Below, piece by piece: positions 39,043 through 50,172 of a stretch of DNA of 64,000 nt; the stretch's first letter is position 1; each line of letters opens with the position of its first letter. The DNA lies in NCBI GenBank assembly GCA_035402985.1, contig DAONEH010000001.1:3123-67122 (forward strand), given 5' to 3'. The notes beneath the pieces are model-generated. The model was not told the origin of the DNA. It did no database searches and saw only the letters and a program-made list of their open reading frames with translations. The translations under genes and the position numbers were made by a program. This DNA is from a bacterium. GTDB lineage: Bacteria; Patescibacteriota; Patescibacteriia; Patescibacteriales; UBA12465.

Positions 39043-39074
39043 ATAATCAAAAAACCTAGACAATCAAGAGTTAG

Positions 39075-39110
39075 AAAAGGAAGATAAATATCTTCCTTTT
39101 TTTATTTTAT
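39075..39110 (+). terminator. Rho-independent terminator
   Basis: aaaaggaagataaatatcttcctttttttatttt is a near-perfect inverted repeat followed by a T-run. Confidence 0.6.
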
Positions 39111-39301
39111 TCAAAAAATATAAATTTTTATTTTATTTTAAAAATACAAGCTTTTTATTTTAAAAATATAACAAAAATATACTAAACCTTGATTTATTTT
39201 TATCATTATGATAATATCAAACTAACCATAAACTTAGATGGTTTTTTATAATTATTGAGGAATATCGTAAAATTTGACGAAATTACCTTAAACAAGCAAA
39301 T

Positions 39302-39574
39302 ATGAAAAAAAATATTCATCCTAAATATAATGACAAAGTAAAAGTCACTTGCGCTTGTGGTTATACTTTTGTTACCGGATCAACTGATCCTGAAATAAAA
39401 ACTGAACTTTGTTCTAATTGTCATCCTTTCTATACTGGTAAACAAAAATTAGTTGATACCGCTAATCGAGTTGGTAAATTTAAGGCTAAATTAGAAAAAA
39501 AAGATGATACTAAAAAGGGAAAAACTGCTAAACGAGTAGCTAAATCAAAAAAACAAATTGAAAAAAATAAATAA
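39302..39574 (+). CDS. rpmE: 50S ribosomal protein L31 with Lys-rich C-terminal tail
   Basis: MKKNIHPKY...CACGYTF...[10 protein letters not shown] is the L31 zinc-ribbon signature. Confidence 0.85.
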   Translation: MKKNIHPKYNDKVKVTCACGYTFVTGSTDPEIKTELCSNCHPFYTGKQKLVDTANRVGKFKAKLEKKDDTKKGKTAKRVAKSKKQIEKNK

Positions 39575-39642
39575 CATAAGATAGTATAAATAAAAGCGCC
39601 ATATTTGGTGCTTTTATATTACCAAAAAACAAAAAAAACATT

Positions 39643-40683
39643 ATGAAAAATATTTCAGAAATAAAAACTAAATTTAAAGAATTAGAAGAACAATTATCTG
39701 ATCCGAAAATAGTTTCTAATCCCACTGAATTTACTAAAATTGCTAAAGAACATTCGGCTTTAAAAAAACTGTATAGTTTAATAGTGGCCATAGAAAAAAT
39801 TAATGAGAATATTTTAGGTAATCAAGAAATTATCAAAAATGAAGCTTCATCAGAACTAGGTCAAATAGCTCAAGAAGAATTAATAGAATTACAAAAAAAT
39901 AAAGAAGAATTAGAAGCTAAATTGAATGAAGAACTTAATCCGGCTAATCCTAATGATAAAAAGAATGTTATTATGGAAATTAGAGCTGGGGCCGGAGGTG
40001 ATGAAGGAGCTTTATTCACTGCTGAATTATTTAGAATGTATGCTCATTATGCTGAAAAAATGGGTTGGAAAACTGAAGTTTTAAATTCTAATGCGACTGG
40101 GGTAGGAGGTTTTAAAGAAATTATTTTTAGTGTTAACGGAGATGGTGTTTATGGCTATTTAAAATATGAAGCTGGTACCCATCGTGTTCAAAGAGTGCCT
40201 GAAACTGAAAAACAAGGACGAATTCACACTTCTACTTCCACTGTTATTGTTTTACCAGAAGCTGAAGAAATTGATTTAAAAATAGATCCGAATGATTTAA
40301 GAATTGATACTTTTTGTTCATCAGGACCAGGCGGACAATGTGTTAATACCACTTATTCCGCTATTAGAATTACTCATCTTCCTACTGGAACAGTAGTAAG
40401 TTGCCAAGATCAAAAATCACAACATCAAAATAAAGAAAAAGCTATGCAAGTACTGAGATCTCGTCTTTTAGCTAAAATTGAAGAAGAAAAAATGGCTAAA
40501 GAAACTTTAGAGAGAAAAGAACAAATTGGTCATGGCGATAGAAGCGATAAAATTAGAACCTATAATTTTCCTCAAGATAGAATTACTGATCATCGCATTA
40601 ATCAATCTTGGCATAATATTACTGAAATAATGAATGGTGAAATCGGAGAAATAATAAAAAGTTTAAAGGAGCAAAAAATATAA
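39643..40683 (+). CDS. prfA: Peptide chain release factor 1
   Basis: GGQ motif ([12 protein letters not shown]) is present. RF1-type [17 protein letters not shown] has PET in place of PAT/PVT. It is followed by prmC. Confidence 0.9.
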   Translation: MKNISEIKTKFKELEEQLSDPKIVSNPTEFTKIAKEHSALKKLYSLIVAIEKINENILGNQEIIKNEASSELGQIAQEELIELQKNKEELEAKLNEELNPANPNDKKNVIMEIRAGAGGDEGALFTAELFRMYAHYAEKMGWKTEVLNSNATGVGGFKEIIFSVNGDGVYGYLKYEAGTHRVQRVPETEKQGRIHTSTSTVIVLPEAEEIDLKIDPNDLRIDTFCSSGPGGQCVNTTYSAIRITHLPTGTVVSCQDQKSQHQNKEKAMQVLRSRLLAKIEEEKMAKETLERKEQIGHGDRSDKIRTYNFPQDRITDHRINQSWHNITEIMNGEIGEIIKSLKEQKI

Positions 40684-40687
40684 AAAT

Positions 40688-41569
40688 ATGACCTTAAAAC
40701 AAATTATCTTAGATACCAGTAAAGAATTACAAAAGAAAAAAATTAAAGAACCTTTAAAAGAAGCTGAAGCCCTAATCTCACTTGCTATTAATTTTACTCC
40801 TAGCCAATTAATATTAAATTCTCAAACTGAATTAAACTCCTTCCAAATAAAAAATATAAAGAAAATTTTAAAAAAGAGACTTCAAGCTTGGCCTTTAGCT
40901 TATTTAAGCGGTAAAAAAAATTTCTATAATTTAGAATTTATTGTTAATAAAAATACTTTAATTCCCCGCCCTGAAAGTGAATTAATAATTGATCAAATTC
41001 TAAAAGAAAATTTTTTTAATAAAAAAACTACTATTATTGATATTGGTACTGGTTCAGGTTGTTTAATTATTAGTTTAGCTAATATTTTTCGAACTAATAA
41101 AAATATTTATTTCTATGGCACTGATATTAGCCGACCTGCTTTAAATATTGCTAAAATTAACGCTAAAAAATATCAACTTAATAAAAGAATAATCTTTCTT
41201 AAAGGTGATCTACTGAAACCAATTTTAAAAAAAATAAAGAAAAATCTAAATCATAATCAAATAATTATTATAGCTAATTTACCTTATCTAACTAAAAAAG
41301 AAATAAAGAATTCTCCTAGTATCCAAAAAGAACCATTCAAATCTTTATATGGTGGAAATGATGGTTTAAAATACTATAAACAATTATTAGATCAAATAAA
41401 AGATATAAAAACAAAAGAAAATAATATTATTTTATATCAAGAAATAAATGATTGGCAAAAAGATAAACTAGAATCTCTAATTATGAAAAAAATAGGAATT
41501 TTAAAACCTCAAATTGCCACTCTAAAAGATTTAGCTGGCTATAATCGTTTAACTATTACTAGGTTTTAA
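40688..41569 (+). CDS. prmC: Release factor glutamine N5-methyltransferase (PrmC/HemK)
   Basis: The SAM-binding IIDIGTGSGCL and the NPPY-type motif IIANLPYL are present, and it is in operon with prfA. Confidence 0.8.
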   Translation: MTLKQIILDTSKELQKKKIKEPLKEAEALISLAINFTPSQLILNSQTELNSFQIKNIKKILKKRLQAWPLAYLSGKKNFYNLEFIVNKNTLIPRPESELIIDQILKENFFNKKTTIIDIGTGSGCLIISLANIFRTNKNIYFYGTDISRPALNIAKINAKKYQLNKRIIFLKGDLLKPILKKIKKNLNHNQIIIIANLPYLTKKEIKNSPSIQKEPFKSLYGGNDGLKYYKQLLDQIKDIKTKENNIILYQEINDWQKDKLESLIMKKIGILKPQIATLKDLAGYNRLTITRF

Positions 41570-41575
41570 ATTAAA

Positions 41576-42694
41576 TTATAAAGAAAAATTTTCAATCTCA
41601 ACTGAAGTTTGATTATCAATTAAGTGAACCCAAGTTTTACCAGAATTTAAAACTACTTCTTCATCATTATCATAATAAAAAACAGTACGAGCATTAGTAT
41701 CTGTTTTTTCAAAATAACCGGACTTACAAAGTCCATCTAAACAAATAATCGCTTCCCCACTACCAACTAAATCTATACTTAAACGTAAAGCTTCGTCTAA
41801 TATTTTAGTATCAACAAATTGAAAAATAATATTATCGGCTGAAATCCTGGTTCCAGTATTATCAGTTTGAGGTGATGAGGCAATGTTTTTTAAATAAACA
41901 TTATTAGCTTGATCATATTCCCAAGTTACATCATATTGATACTGTCCATTCTTTATATCTATTTTCTTATTTAAATTAGATTCATTAATTAAATTAAGAT
42001 CTTTGGTTTTAAATTTCCAGGGGGTAAAATTAGATACACTTAAATTATTATCTTTTAAATATTCTATTATTTTATCATACTTTGCTAAAACATTATGCGG
42101 AGCTTGATAAGATAAGTAACGGCGATAATAAGATGAATTATAAAATTCATTAAGAGTAAGTAAATTATCTTTAGTAATTTTAACTAAAGCTTCCGGACTA
42201 CCACCACAATGCAACAATAAAGCTTGATATTCGTTAACAATAGTTAAAAAATAAGGTCGGACACTACGAATTGGACCTATTTCTAAATCTTTCTCTTCTA
42301 AATTAGAAGTAAAAAAAGCTAAATAACGATCAATACCCCCCTCAGCTGGAACATCATAAATAAGAGATGCTTTTGATAAAGAAAATTGAGGACGAGCTAA
42401 ACTATTATTATCAATAATAGCAGCAATTAAAAACGGATTTTCTTGACCAAGTTTTACAGGTACTCCATCAATTAAACGAAGAGTACAATTTCCATCACAA
42501 GCCAAAATAGAAGACGTAGCTACAAAATTATTATTTAAATTATCACCTTCATCATTAGAATTAGATTTAATAAAAAATATAAAAACTAATAATAAAATTA
42601 TAATTATTCCTATAAAATAAAAAAGTTTTTTATACTTATTAAAAAATTCTTTAGAATTATCTATTTTCTTTTTAGTAAATAATATTGATTTCAT
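41576..42694 (-). CDS. DUF3048 (YerB-like) domain protein with N-terminal membrane anchor
   Basis: NPFLIAAIIDNNSLARPQFSLSKASLIYDVPAEGGIDRYLAFF matches the DUF3048 N-terminal motif (..MIDN...ARPQSGL..AD.VYE...EGGITR..A.F). Confidence 0.6.
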   Translation of the reverse strand: MKSILFTKKKIDNSKEFFNKYKKLFYFIGIIIILLLVFIFFIKSNSNDEGDNLNNNFVATSSILACDGNCTLRLIDGVPVKLGQENPFLIAAIIDNNSLARPQFSLSKASLIYDVPAEGGIDRYLAFFTSNLEEKDLEIGPIRSVRPYFLTIVNEYQALLLHCGGSPEALVKITKDNLLTLNEFYNSSYYRRYLSYQAPHNVLAKYDKIIEYLKDNNLSVSNFTPWKFKTKDLNLINESNLNKKIDIKNGQYQYDVTWEYDQANNVYLKNIASSPQTDNTGTRISADNIIFQFVDTKILDEALRLSIDLVGSGEAIICLDGLCKSGYFEKTDTNARTVFYYDNDEEVVLNSGKTWVHLIDNQTSVEIENFSL

Positions 42695-43908
42695 AAATTA
42701 TTAATTTCTTTTAATGTTTCCTGGGCACATTTACGCCAACTAAAATTACTAACCAAAGATTTACCTCTATTTATTAAATCCATTTTTAAATTATCATCAT
42801 TAACAATCATCACCATTTTTTCAGCTAAATCATTAGGATCAAGATGATCAAAAAATAAAGCTGAATCTTGAGCAATTTCATGAAAAACTTCAATGTTTGA
42901 TAATAATACCGGAGTTTCACAGGCCATCGCTTGAAGGATAGGAATACCAAAACCTTCATAAAATGATGGAAAAATAAAAGCCTCGGCTTTATTAACAATA
43001 TAAGGTAAATCTTCTTCTTCCACCCAACCTAAAATAATTACATCTTTATAAATACCTAATTCTTCAATTAGGTATTTTATTTCATCATAACAAAAACCAG
43101 GATTACCAATTAAAACTAATTTTTTAGATAAATCTTTATTATTCTCTTTAAAAATAGAAAAACTTTCTATTAAACAATGAACATTTTTCTTTTTTTCTAA
43201 ACGACCAATATATAAAAAGAATGATGTATCAATACCATATTTTTTTAAAACATTTTCTAAAGCCTCTTCATCTGTTATTTTTTTATACAAATAATTATTA
43301 TAACCATTATAAATAACTTTTATTTTTTTACCTTTAATTTTTCTATAATACTTTAAAATTTCATTTTTAGTAAAATTAGAAACTGTAATTATTTTTTTAG
43401 CATAACGTAAGGCAAATTTAGTAGACCAATTAAGATAATCGGTAGATTTAAAATTATAACGACCCAAAGAAAACAAACGAATAAAAAAATTAATAATTTT
43501 ATTACGAAGAGAAAAACTATTATTAATAATATTTTCATTATATAAATTATTATTTTCCATAAAAGCAATGTCATGAATAGTATTAATAGTTTTTTTAGGA
43601 GAAAATAAAGGTAAAACATGGGCTGGAACAAAAAGAACATCGGGACGATTAAAAATCATCTCTAGTGTTAAACGACCTAGAGTCCACATATATTTAAAAG
43701 GCCATTTTAAATATTTAATTTTAACATTAGTATGACGACTTAAATCTAAATCAAATAAAAAAGCCTGATTTAAAGGCTTATCGGTATATAAAATATAATT
43801 ATTTTCTAAGTCAATTTCAATTAAATTAATAATTAAATAATAAGAATACCATTCAGTTCCAGTTTTGAAACTGCGGTTAGCTCGTGAAGCATCTATTCCT
43901 ATTATCAT
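42691..43908 (-). CDS. Glycosyltransferase family 1 (GT4-type)
   Basis: EGFGIPILQAMACETPVLLSN is present. It overlaps the downstream gene by 4 nt. Confidence 0.8.
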   Translation of the reverse strand: MIIGIDASRANRSFKTGTEWYSYYLIINLIEIDLENNYILYTDKPLNQAFLFDLDLSRHTNVKIKYLKWPFKYMWTLGRLTLEMIFNRPDVLFVPAHVLPLFSPKKTINTIHDIAFMENNNLYNENIINNSFSLRNKIINFFIRLFSLGRYNFKSTDYLNWSTKFALRYAKKIITVSNFTKNEILKYYRKIKGKKIKVIYNGYNNYLYKKITDEEALENVLKKYGIDTSFFLYIGRLEKKKNVHCLIESFSIFKENNKDLSKKLVLIGNPGFCYDEIKYLIEELGIYKDVIILGWVEEEDLPYIVNKAEAFIFPSFYEGFGIPILQAMACETPVLLSNIEVFHEIAQDSALFFDHLDPNDLAEKMVMIVNDDNLKMDLINRGKSLVSNFSWRKCAQETLKEINNL

Positions 43909-43912
43909 ATTA

Positions 43913-44926
43913 TTATTTAGCTGCCAAAATACTTCGTTTGTAAGAATCTAAATTATCCAGAGCAATTCCCGTTCCTTTAGCTACACATAATAAAGGATCA
44001 TCAGCTATATAAGCCGAAACACCCAAGGCTCGAGCAAATAATTGATCAATATTTCTAAGTAAAGCTGTTCCTCCTGTTAAAACAATTCCTTTATCAATTA
44101 TATCAGCTACTAATTCCGGCGGAGTTTGTTGAAGTATTTTTTTAGCTGTATTTAAAATAATTTCTAATTCTCCCGAAATAGCTGCAGTTACATCATTGCT
44201 ATTAACTTCAATAGTTTTAGGCAGTCCACTAACACCATCACGACCATTTATTTCCATAATTAATTGACTATCATCATCTAAGAATAAAGCTGAACCAACT
44301 TTAATTTTCATTTCTTCAGCGGTTCTCTCTCCAATAACTAAACCATATTTTTTTCTAACATATTCTAAAATAGCCAAATCTAATTTATTACCACCAACTC
44401 GAACCGAAGTCGAAGAAACAACACCTCCTAAAGATATAACCGCCATTTCGGAAGTACCACCGCCAATATCAACTACCATATGGCCCGTAGCTGAACTAAT
44501 AGGTATATTAGCTCCAATAGCAGCGGCAATTGGTTCTTTAACAATATAAGCCGCCTTAGCTCCAGCCGCAATAGTAGCTTCAATTACCGCTCGTCTTTCT
44601 GTTGAAGAAATTCCAGCTGGAACAGCTACCATAACTTCTGGTCTAAATATTCTAACCTTTCCTAATGTTTTATTAATAAAATAACGAATCATTGCTTCAG
44701 TAGTTCGATAATCAGCAATAACTCCCTCTTTTAGAGGTTTTAAGGCTACAATAGTATCAGGAGTACGTCCTAACATATCTTTGGCTTCATTACCAACAGC
44801 TAATACTTTATTATCATCAACCGATACAGCTACAACACTAGGTTCATTAATAACCACACCCCTTTTAGGCATATAAACTAAGGTATAAGTTGTACCTAAA
44901 TCAATTCCTATTCTTTTTACCATCAT
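43913..44926 (-). CDS. mreB: MreB-like actin homolog (second paralog)
   Basis: IGIDLGTTYTLVY, DIGGGTSE and the whole-length ASKHA actin fold are present. It is distinct from the mreB at 53010. Confidence 0.85.
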   Translation of the reverse strand: MMVKRIGIDLGTTYTLVYMPKRGVVINEPSVVAVSVDDNKVLAVGNEAKDMLGRTPDTIVALKPLKEGVIADYRTTEAMIRYFINKTLGKVRIFRPEVMVAVPAGISSTERRAVIEATIAAGAKAAYIVKEPIAAAIGANIPISSATGHMVVDIGGGTSEMAVISLGGVVSSTSVRVGGNKLDLAILEYVRKKYGLVIGERTAEEMKIKVGSALFLDDDSQLIMEINGRDGVSGLPKTIEVNSNDVTAAISGELEIILNTAKKILQQTPPELVADIIDKGIVLTGGTALLRNIDQLFARALGVSAYIADDPLLCVAKGTGIALDNLDSYKRSILAAK

Positions 44927-44988
44927 ATATTTAAACTTTAATATAAATATATATTAACCTGTTATAATTTTTTAGTCAATAAATTATA

Positions 44989-46245
44989 TTAATCCCGTCT
45001 TAAAGCTTCAACTGGATCAAGTTTTCCGGCTTTTCTAGCTGGTAATAAACCAAATAAAACTCCAAATAATAAAGCAAATAAAGTTGCGACAATAAAAGAT
45101 TTAATTGGTACTATAAATTTCCATTCTAAACCAAAATAATTAGCTATTAAATAAATAAAGAAAGAAAAAATAACCCCTAAGATAATACCAATAACAGCTC
45201 CAATAAATGTTATTAAAATTGATTCAATTAAAAATTGTTGCATTATATCAGAAAATTTAGCTCCAACCGCTTTACGTAAACCAATTTCTGGAGTTCTCTC
45301 GGAAACAATAACATACATCACATTTAAAATTCCAACACCACCCACTATTAATGATATAGCTACAATTAATAATAATAAAATAGTTAAAGCATTAGTAATT
45401 GTTTTAGTAGTTGCAAGCATTTCTTTCATAGTTGTCACTCTAAAATCATCTTTGACTGGATCAGAAATATCATGATTTTCTCTTAAAATTTCTCGAATTA
45501 AATCAGCTGTCTCTTCAGATTTTTCTGGATCAACTAATTTATGAACGGAATACATATAATAATCAATTCCCATCATTTTCTTTTGTAAAGTTTTTACTGG
45601 CAATAAAATTAAATCATCAAAGTCAAAACCCATAGTAGCTCCCTTTTCTTTTAATAAGCCAATAACTTGATAACGTCCTCGTTGAATAGTAATACTTTTT
45701 CCAATAGGATTTTCATCACCAAATAATTTTTTAGCAATTTTAGGACCAAGAACTGCTACTTGAGCTAAAGAATCATTTTCAGCTTCAGAAAAAAAATAAC
45801 CTTGATCTATTTCAGATTTATCAATATTTATATAATCAGAACCTACACCCATTATTAATCCCTGTCTAGTTTCATTTAAATAAGTAACGGGAGCTTGATT
45901 AGTTATAGAACCATAACCACCAGAAATATTTTCTAATTTATTAATTTCTTCTAAGTCTTCCTCTTTCAAAGATGTTACCTGAATTCCACTAGCTAAACTA
46001 GTAGCACTCTCGGCATCTCCTTCTCTTCCGGTTTTAGTGCTTGGAACTTTAACTTCTACTTCAATTATATCCGTACCAAAAGATTCAATTTGACCAACAA
46101 TTAAACTTCGAATTCCTTCACCCGCTGAAAAAACAATAATAATACTAGAAATTCCAATCACCATACCTAAAACTGTTAAAGCTGTACGCATTTTGTTCTT
46201 TAACATTGATAAAAATGACAATCTAACAATATCTTTTATTCTCAT
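44989..46245 (-). CDS. ABC transporter permease, MacB/FtsX family
   Basis: It has an N-terminal TM, a large periplasmic domain, and a C-terminal FtsX 3-TM bundle (ERTPEIGLRKAVGA). Confidence 0.8.
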   Translation of the reverse strand: MRIKDIVRLSFLSMLKNKMRTALTVLGMVIGISSIIIVFSAGEGIRSLIVGQIESFGTDIIEVEVKVPSTKTGREGDAESATSLASGIQVTSLKEEDLEEINKLENISGGYGSITNQAPVTYLNETRQGLIMGVGSDYINIDKSEIDQGYFFSEAENDSLAQVAVLGPKIAKKLFGDENPIGKSITIQRGRYQVIGLLKEKGATMGFDFDDLILLPVKTLQKKMMGIDYYMYSVHKLVDPEKSEETADLIREILRENHDISDPVKDDFRVTTMKEMLATTKTITNALTILLLLIVAISLIVGGVGILNVMYVIVSERTPEIGLRKAVGAKFSDIMQQFLIESILITFIGAVIGIILGVIFSFFIYLIANYFGLEWKFIVPIKSFIVATLFALLFGVLFGLLPARKAGKLDPVEALRRD

Positions 46246-46250
46246 AAAAT

Positions 46251-47507
46251 TTATTCATAATTTAAAGCTTCAACCGGCTCTAATTTACTAGCTTTTTTAG
46301 CTGGATAAATTCCAAAAATTAATCCAATTAATCCTGAAACAACAACCGCCATAAATATTGACCAAAAACTAACTATAAAAACCCAATCATAACCTAAGGT
46401 TGTTATAATCACCGATAATAACCAAGAAATCATAATTCCTAAAATAATTCCAATAAAACCACCAATAGAAGTTAAAAAAATAGATTCAATTAAAAATTGA
46501 CTAATAATATTTTTATTAGATGCTCCCAGAGCTTTACGTACACCTATTTCTCTAGTTCTTTCATTAACACTTATAAGCATAATATTCATAATGCCAATAC
46601 CACCAACAATTAAAGATAAGCTAGCCATTAAAGCTAAAAAATATTTTAAAGCATCAGTAACCGAAGAAATTAAATCTAATAATTCTGTTATACTTCTAAC
46701 TGAAAAATCATCACTCGCTCCAGTTTGATCTTTAATATTATGATTATCACGTAAAATATTTTCTACTTCCGAAATAACAGAATCAACTTCAAAAGCTTCA
46801 TTGGTTTTAAAACTAATAACATTAACATAATCTATTCCTACTAAAACTTTTTGCATAGTTTTAATTGGTAATAAAACTTTATCATCATAATTTTGAAAAG
46901 CTACTTGACCCCTTTCTTCAAATACTCCAATTACTTCAAAAACTTGTTTTTTTATTTTTATTCTTTTTCCAATCGCATCACTATCAGAAAATAATTCTTG
47001 TTTAACATTACTACCTAGTATCACTACTTTACTAATATTATTAATTTCTTCTTCGGTAAAAAATCGACCAGCCGATAAATTACCACCCTCAACTTCTAAA
47101 TAATCTTCAGTTACCCCTTCTAAACTAGCATCGTAAGAATTATTTTTGTAAGTTAAAGTTCCGTTGCCATCAACATAAGCTACAGCCGAATCAACTCCAA
47201 TAGCATCTTTGGCTTTTTCAATTGATTTTAAATCATCTAGATTTAATGAAGTTACTACTATTCCTAAAACTGAAGTTGGTGGACCACTTTCATCAGATTT
47301 TCCTGGAGTAATAGAAACAACATTAGATCCAATACTTTGAACTTGACCTAAAATTAAACTTTGAGCTCCAGCTCCCAGTGACATAATTATAATTACTGAA
47401 GCTACGCCAATAACAATACCTAGCATAGTTAAAAAACTCCTAACCTTATTAGTTAGAAGAGCTTTAATAGAAGTTCTAATGGCTTGTTTAAATGATAAAT
47501 AATTCAT
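46251..47507 (-). CDS. ABC transporter permease, MacB/FtsX family (paralog)
   Basis: It has the same architecture, with ERTREIGVRKALGA. Confidence 0.8.
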   Translation of the reverse strand: MNYLSFKQAIRTSIKALLTNKVRSFLTMLGIVIGVASVIIIMSLGAGAQSLILGQVQSIGSNVVSITPGKSDESGPPTSVLGIVVTSLNLDDLKSIEKAKDAIGVDSAVAYVDGNGTLTYKNNSYDASLEGVTEDYLEVEGGNLSAGRFFTEEEINNISKVVILGSNVKQELFSDSDAIGKRIKIKKQVFEVIGVFEERGQVAFQNYDDKVLLPIKTMQKVLVGIDYVNVISFKTNEAFEVDSVISEVENILRDNHNIKDQTGASDDFSVRSITELLDLISSVTDALKYFLALMASLSLIVGGIGIMNIMLISVNERTREIGVRKALGASNKNIISQFLIESIFLTSIGGFIGIILGIMISWLLSVIITTLGYDWVFIVSFWSIFMAVVVSGLIGLIFGIYPAKKASKLEPVEALNYE

Positions 47508-47518
47508 GTAATAATAAA

Positions 47519-48247
47519 TTATTTTAATAATACTCCTTCCTGAGCAACTCTTTGTTTTATTACTGGCTCATCACTAATTATTAGTCCATCTTTTATTTTA
47601 ATTATTCTTTTGGCATGCTCGGCGGTAAAAGTTTCATGTGTAACTAAGATTATAGTATTACCCATTTCATTTAATTTCTGTAAAATTTCCATAATTTGAA
47701 TACCTGATTTAGAATCTAAATTTCCGGTTGGCTCATCAGCTAAAATAACAGAAGGATTATTGACCAAAGCCCGAGCAATAGCCACTCGTTGTTTTTCTCC
47801 ACCTGATATTTGATTAGTAAAAAAATGTAAACGATGTCCTAAACCAACACTATCTAAAACTTTTTTAGCTCTCTCTGACATGTTTTTTCGATTATTAGAA
47901 TAAGTCAAAGGTAAAATTACATTATCTAAAACTGAAGTTTTAGGAAGTAAATTAAAAGACTGAAAAACAAAACCTATTTTTTCATTACGAAAACTAGCTA
48001 ATTGATTATCATTTAATTCATTAACATTTTGTCCCGCAAATTCATAAAGACCACTACTAGATCGATCCAACAATCCTAAAATATGCATTAAAGTTGATTT
48101 ACCTGATCCGGATGGACCCATAATAGAAACAAATTCTCCTTGATCAATGTTAAAAGAAACTCCATGCAAAACTTTAGTAACAACATTATCGGAAATATAT
48201 TCTTTTTTTAAATTCTGAATTTTTATAAGCATATTATTTAGTAACAA
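47519..48247 (-). CDS. ABC transporter ATP-binding protein (MacB/LolD-type)
   Basis: Walker [10 protein letters not shown], signature [15 protein letters not shown] and Walker [12 protein letters not shown] are present. Confidence 0.9.
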   Translation of the reverse strand: MLLNNMLIKIQNLKKEYISDNVVTKVLHGVSFNIDQGEFVSIMGPSGSGKSTLMHILGLLDRSSSGLYEFAGQNVNELNDNQLASFRNEKIGFVFQSFNLLPKTSVLDNVILPLTYSNNRKNMSERAKKVLDSVGLGHRLHFFTNQISGGEKQRVAIARALVNNPSVILADEPTGNLDSKSGIQIMEILQKLNEMGNTIILVTHETFTAEHAKRIIKIKDGLIISDEPVIKQRVAQEGVLLK

Positions 48248-50144
48248 TAGAAGTAATTATTAAATCACCTTCTCTTAATTCTTCTGAAAAAACTTCTGTT
48301 TTTGACTGATCACCATTAATACCAGTTGTTACTATAATATCTGAAACTACTTCATCTTTTAAAACACGAACATATTGTTCACCACTGTCTTTAGTTAAAA
48401 TAGCCCGACTGGAAACAGCAAAAATATTATCTTTAGAATTAGTAATAATATCAACATTAGCGGTCATACCCGATTTAATAATAAAATTATTTTTAGAAAT
48501 TTCATCTTCAGAAAAATTTATTTTAATTTTATAATAAATAACATCAGAAATAGAAGTAGCGGCGGGATCAATAAAATAAACTTGACCATTTATTTTATAA
48601 TCATCGGAAAAAGCATCAAAAGTAATATTAGCTTTATTACCAATTTTTATTTTGGAAATATCTGATTCCGAAATAAAAACTTCAATTTCAAAATTACTAT
48701 CAGCTAATAAATTAATAACCGGAGTAGTCCCGACTACTTGTTCCCCTACTTCCGAATTAATTTCAGTTATTTTTCCGTCAATCGGTGCTTTAATAATATT
48801 ATTTTCGATTTGTTTTTGAATTAAATCTAAATTAGCCATAGCCTGATCAACTTGAGCTTGAGCCAATTTTAAATCATCAAAACTAGCCGGCGATTTAAGT
48901 TTCTTAAGTTGCAAGCCAACTACTTCATAATTTTTATAAGTTGAATCAACTTGAGCTTGAGCTGATGTTAATTGTTGATCGCCACTATTTTTAGCTGAAG
49001 CTAGAGCATTGGTGGCTTGAAGAATTGTATCATTTAAAGCCACTTCCGCTTGTTTAACGGCATCTTGAGCACTAGCTATACTAGTATTATAACTTAAAAT
49101 AGAATTATTATAGGAAAAATAACTAGTTTGATTAGAAGAAATAGCCGCATTTATTAAATCTTTATTAGTATTAACTTTAGCTTTAAAAGCGTCTAAAGAA
49201 GCTTGAGGCAAAGATGAAGAAATAACAGAATTTTCTAAAGCACTAAAACAATTATTTAAAACTAAAAAAACTTCTTGTAAAAAATTTGATAAATCTTCAG
49301 AAGCTAATTTAATATTATCGGCGCTTGGATTATTTTTAGCATTATTAATATTGCTTTCAACTTGAGATAATCTTTCAATTGATTTATTATAAGTTCTTTC
49401 AGTTTCAATTTTATAAGTATAATTTTTAACACTAAAAACATTTTCTAAATCTTCGTCATCTAAAATTCTTTTAACGGCATCTAGCGATGATCGAGCGACT
49501 GATAAATTATAATCTAAAGTAGATAATAAAGAACTTTGATTATTTGTTAATGTTTGTTGAGCAGTTTTTTCAACATTACTTAAATTAATTTTAGCCGATT
49601 CCACTGCTTGTTTAATTGACATGGGAACTTGATAATTAGATACTTTTAAATCATCTAAATTTTTTTGAGCTTGGCTAATATTTTCCTCTACTATTTTTTT
49701 AGTTTTATCGTAATTATCTTTAGCTGAATTATAGGCTGTTTCAGCTTGTTTAACTTGAGCTTCCAGCACCGCTATATCTTCCGAAGGCGCTCCTTTAATA
49801 ATTTTTTCTTGATTAGTTTTAGCAATTTTTAAAGCAGCCTCTGCTTCTTTTTGTTGAATTAAAATAGAAGAATAATCTAATTCAGCTAAAATATCCCCCA
49901 TTTTAACTTCATCACCAACTTTAACATTTAAAGTCTGTAATTTACCTGATTGAGAAAAATTTAAACCAATTTCTTGACTAGCCTTAACCGCTCCAATTTC
50001 ACTAACTGTTTGAACTAAATTTTGTTTCTTCAATTCTACAGTAACATATTCATTTTTATCTTTTTTAAAAACTAAAGAAAAAATAATTGTCAAAATGACA
50101 ATTAAACAAATCCCAGCAATAATAATTACCTTTTTCTTTTTCAT
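48234..50144 (-). CDS. Periplasmic adaptor / membrane fusion protein (HlyD/MacA-like) with very long coiled coil
   Basis: It has an N-terminal TM, biotinyl/lipoyl-like hairpin halves (VKVGDEVKMGDILAELD ... IKAPIDGKITEIN), and ~350 aa of Q/A/N-rich coiled coil. Confidence 0.7.
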   Translation of the reverse strand: MKKKKVIIIAGICLIVILTIIFSLVFKKDKNEYVTVELKKQNLVQTVSEIGAVKASQEIGLNFSQSGKLQTLNVKVGDEVKMGDILAELDYSSILIQQKEAEAALKIAKTNQEKIIKGAPSEDIAVLEAQVKQAETAYNSAKDNYDKTKKIVEENISQAQKNLDDLKVSNYQVPMSIKQAVESAKINLSNVEKTAQQTLTNNQSSLLSTLDYNLSVARSSLDAVKRILDDEDLENVFSVKNYTYKIETERTYNKSIERLSQVESNINNAKNNPSADNIKLASEDLSNFLQEVFLVLNNCFSALENSVISSSLPQASLDAFKAKVNTNKDLINAAISSNQTSYFSYNNSILSYNTSIASAQDAVKQAEVALNDTILQATNALASAKNSGDQQLTSAQAQVDSTYKNYEVVGLQLKKLKSPASFDDLKLAQAQVDQAMANLDLIQKQIENNIIKAPIDGKITEINSEVGEQVVGTTPVINLLADSNFEIEVFISESDISKIKIGNKANITFDAFSDDYKINGQVYFIDPAATSISDVIYYKIKINFSEDEISKNNFIIKSGMTANVDIITNSKDNIFAVSSRAILTKDSGEQYVRVLKDEVVSDIIVTTGINGDQSKTEVFSEELREGDLIITSIVTK

Positions 50145-50172
50145 ATAAATAAATTAATATTATTAATTATAA

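Noticed and set aside
39033-39068. The 18-bp tandem direct repeat (aaaaacctagaTaatcaa / aaaaacctagaCaatcaa) as an att site or target-site duplication.
   Set aside because: It overlaps the stop codon of the upstream membrane-protein gene and sits next to a terminator. It has no partner copy elsewhere in the window and no nearby integrase, so it is probably a local slippage duplication.
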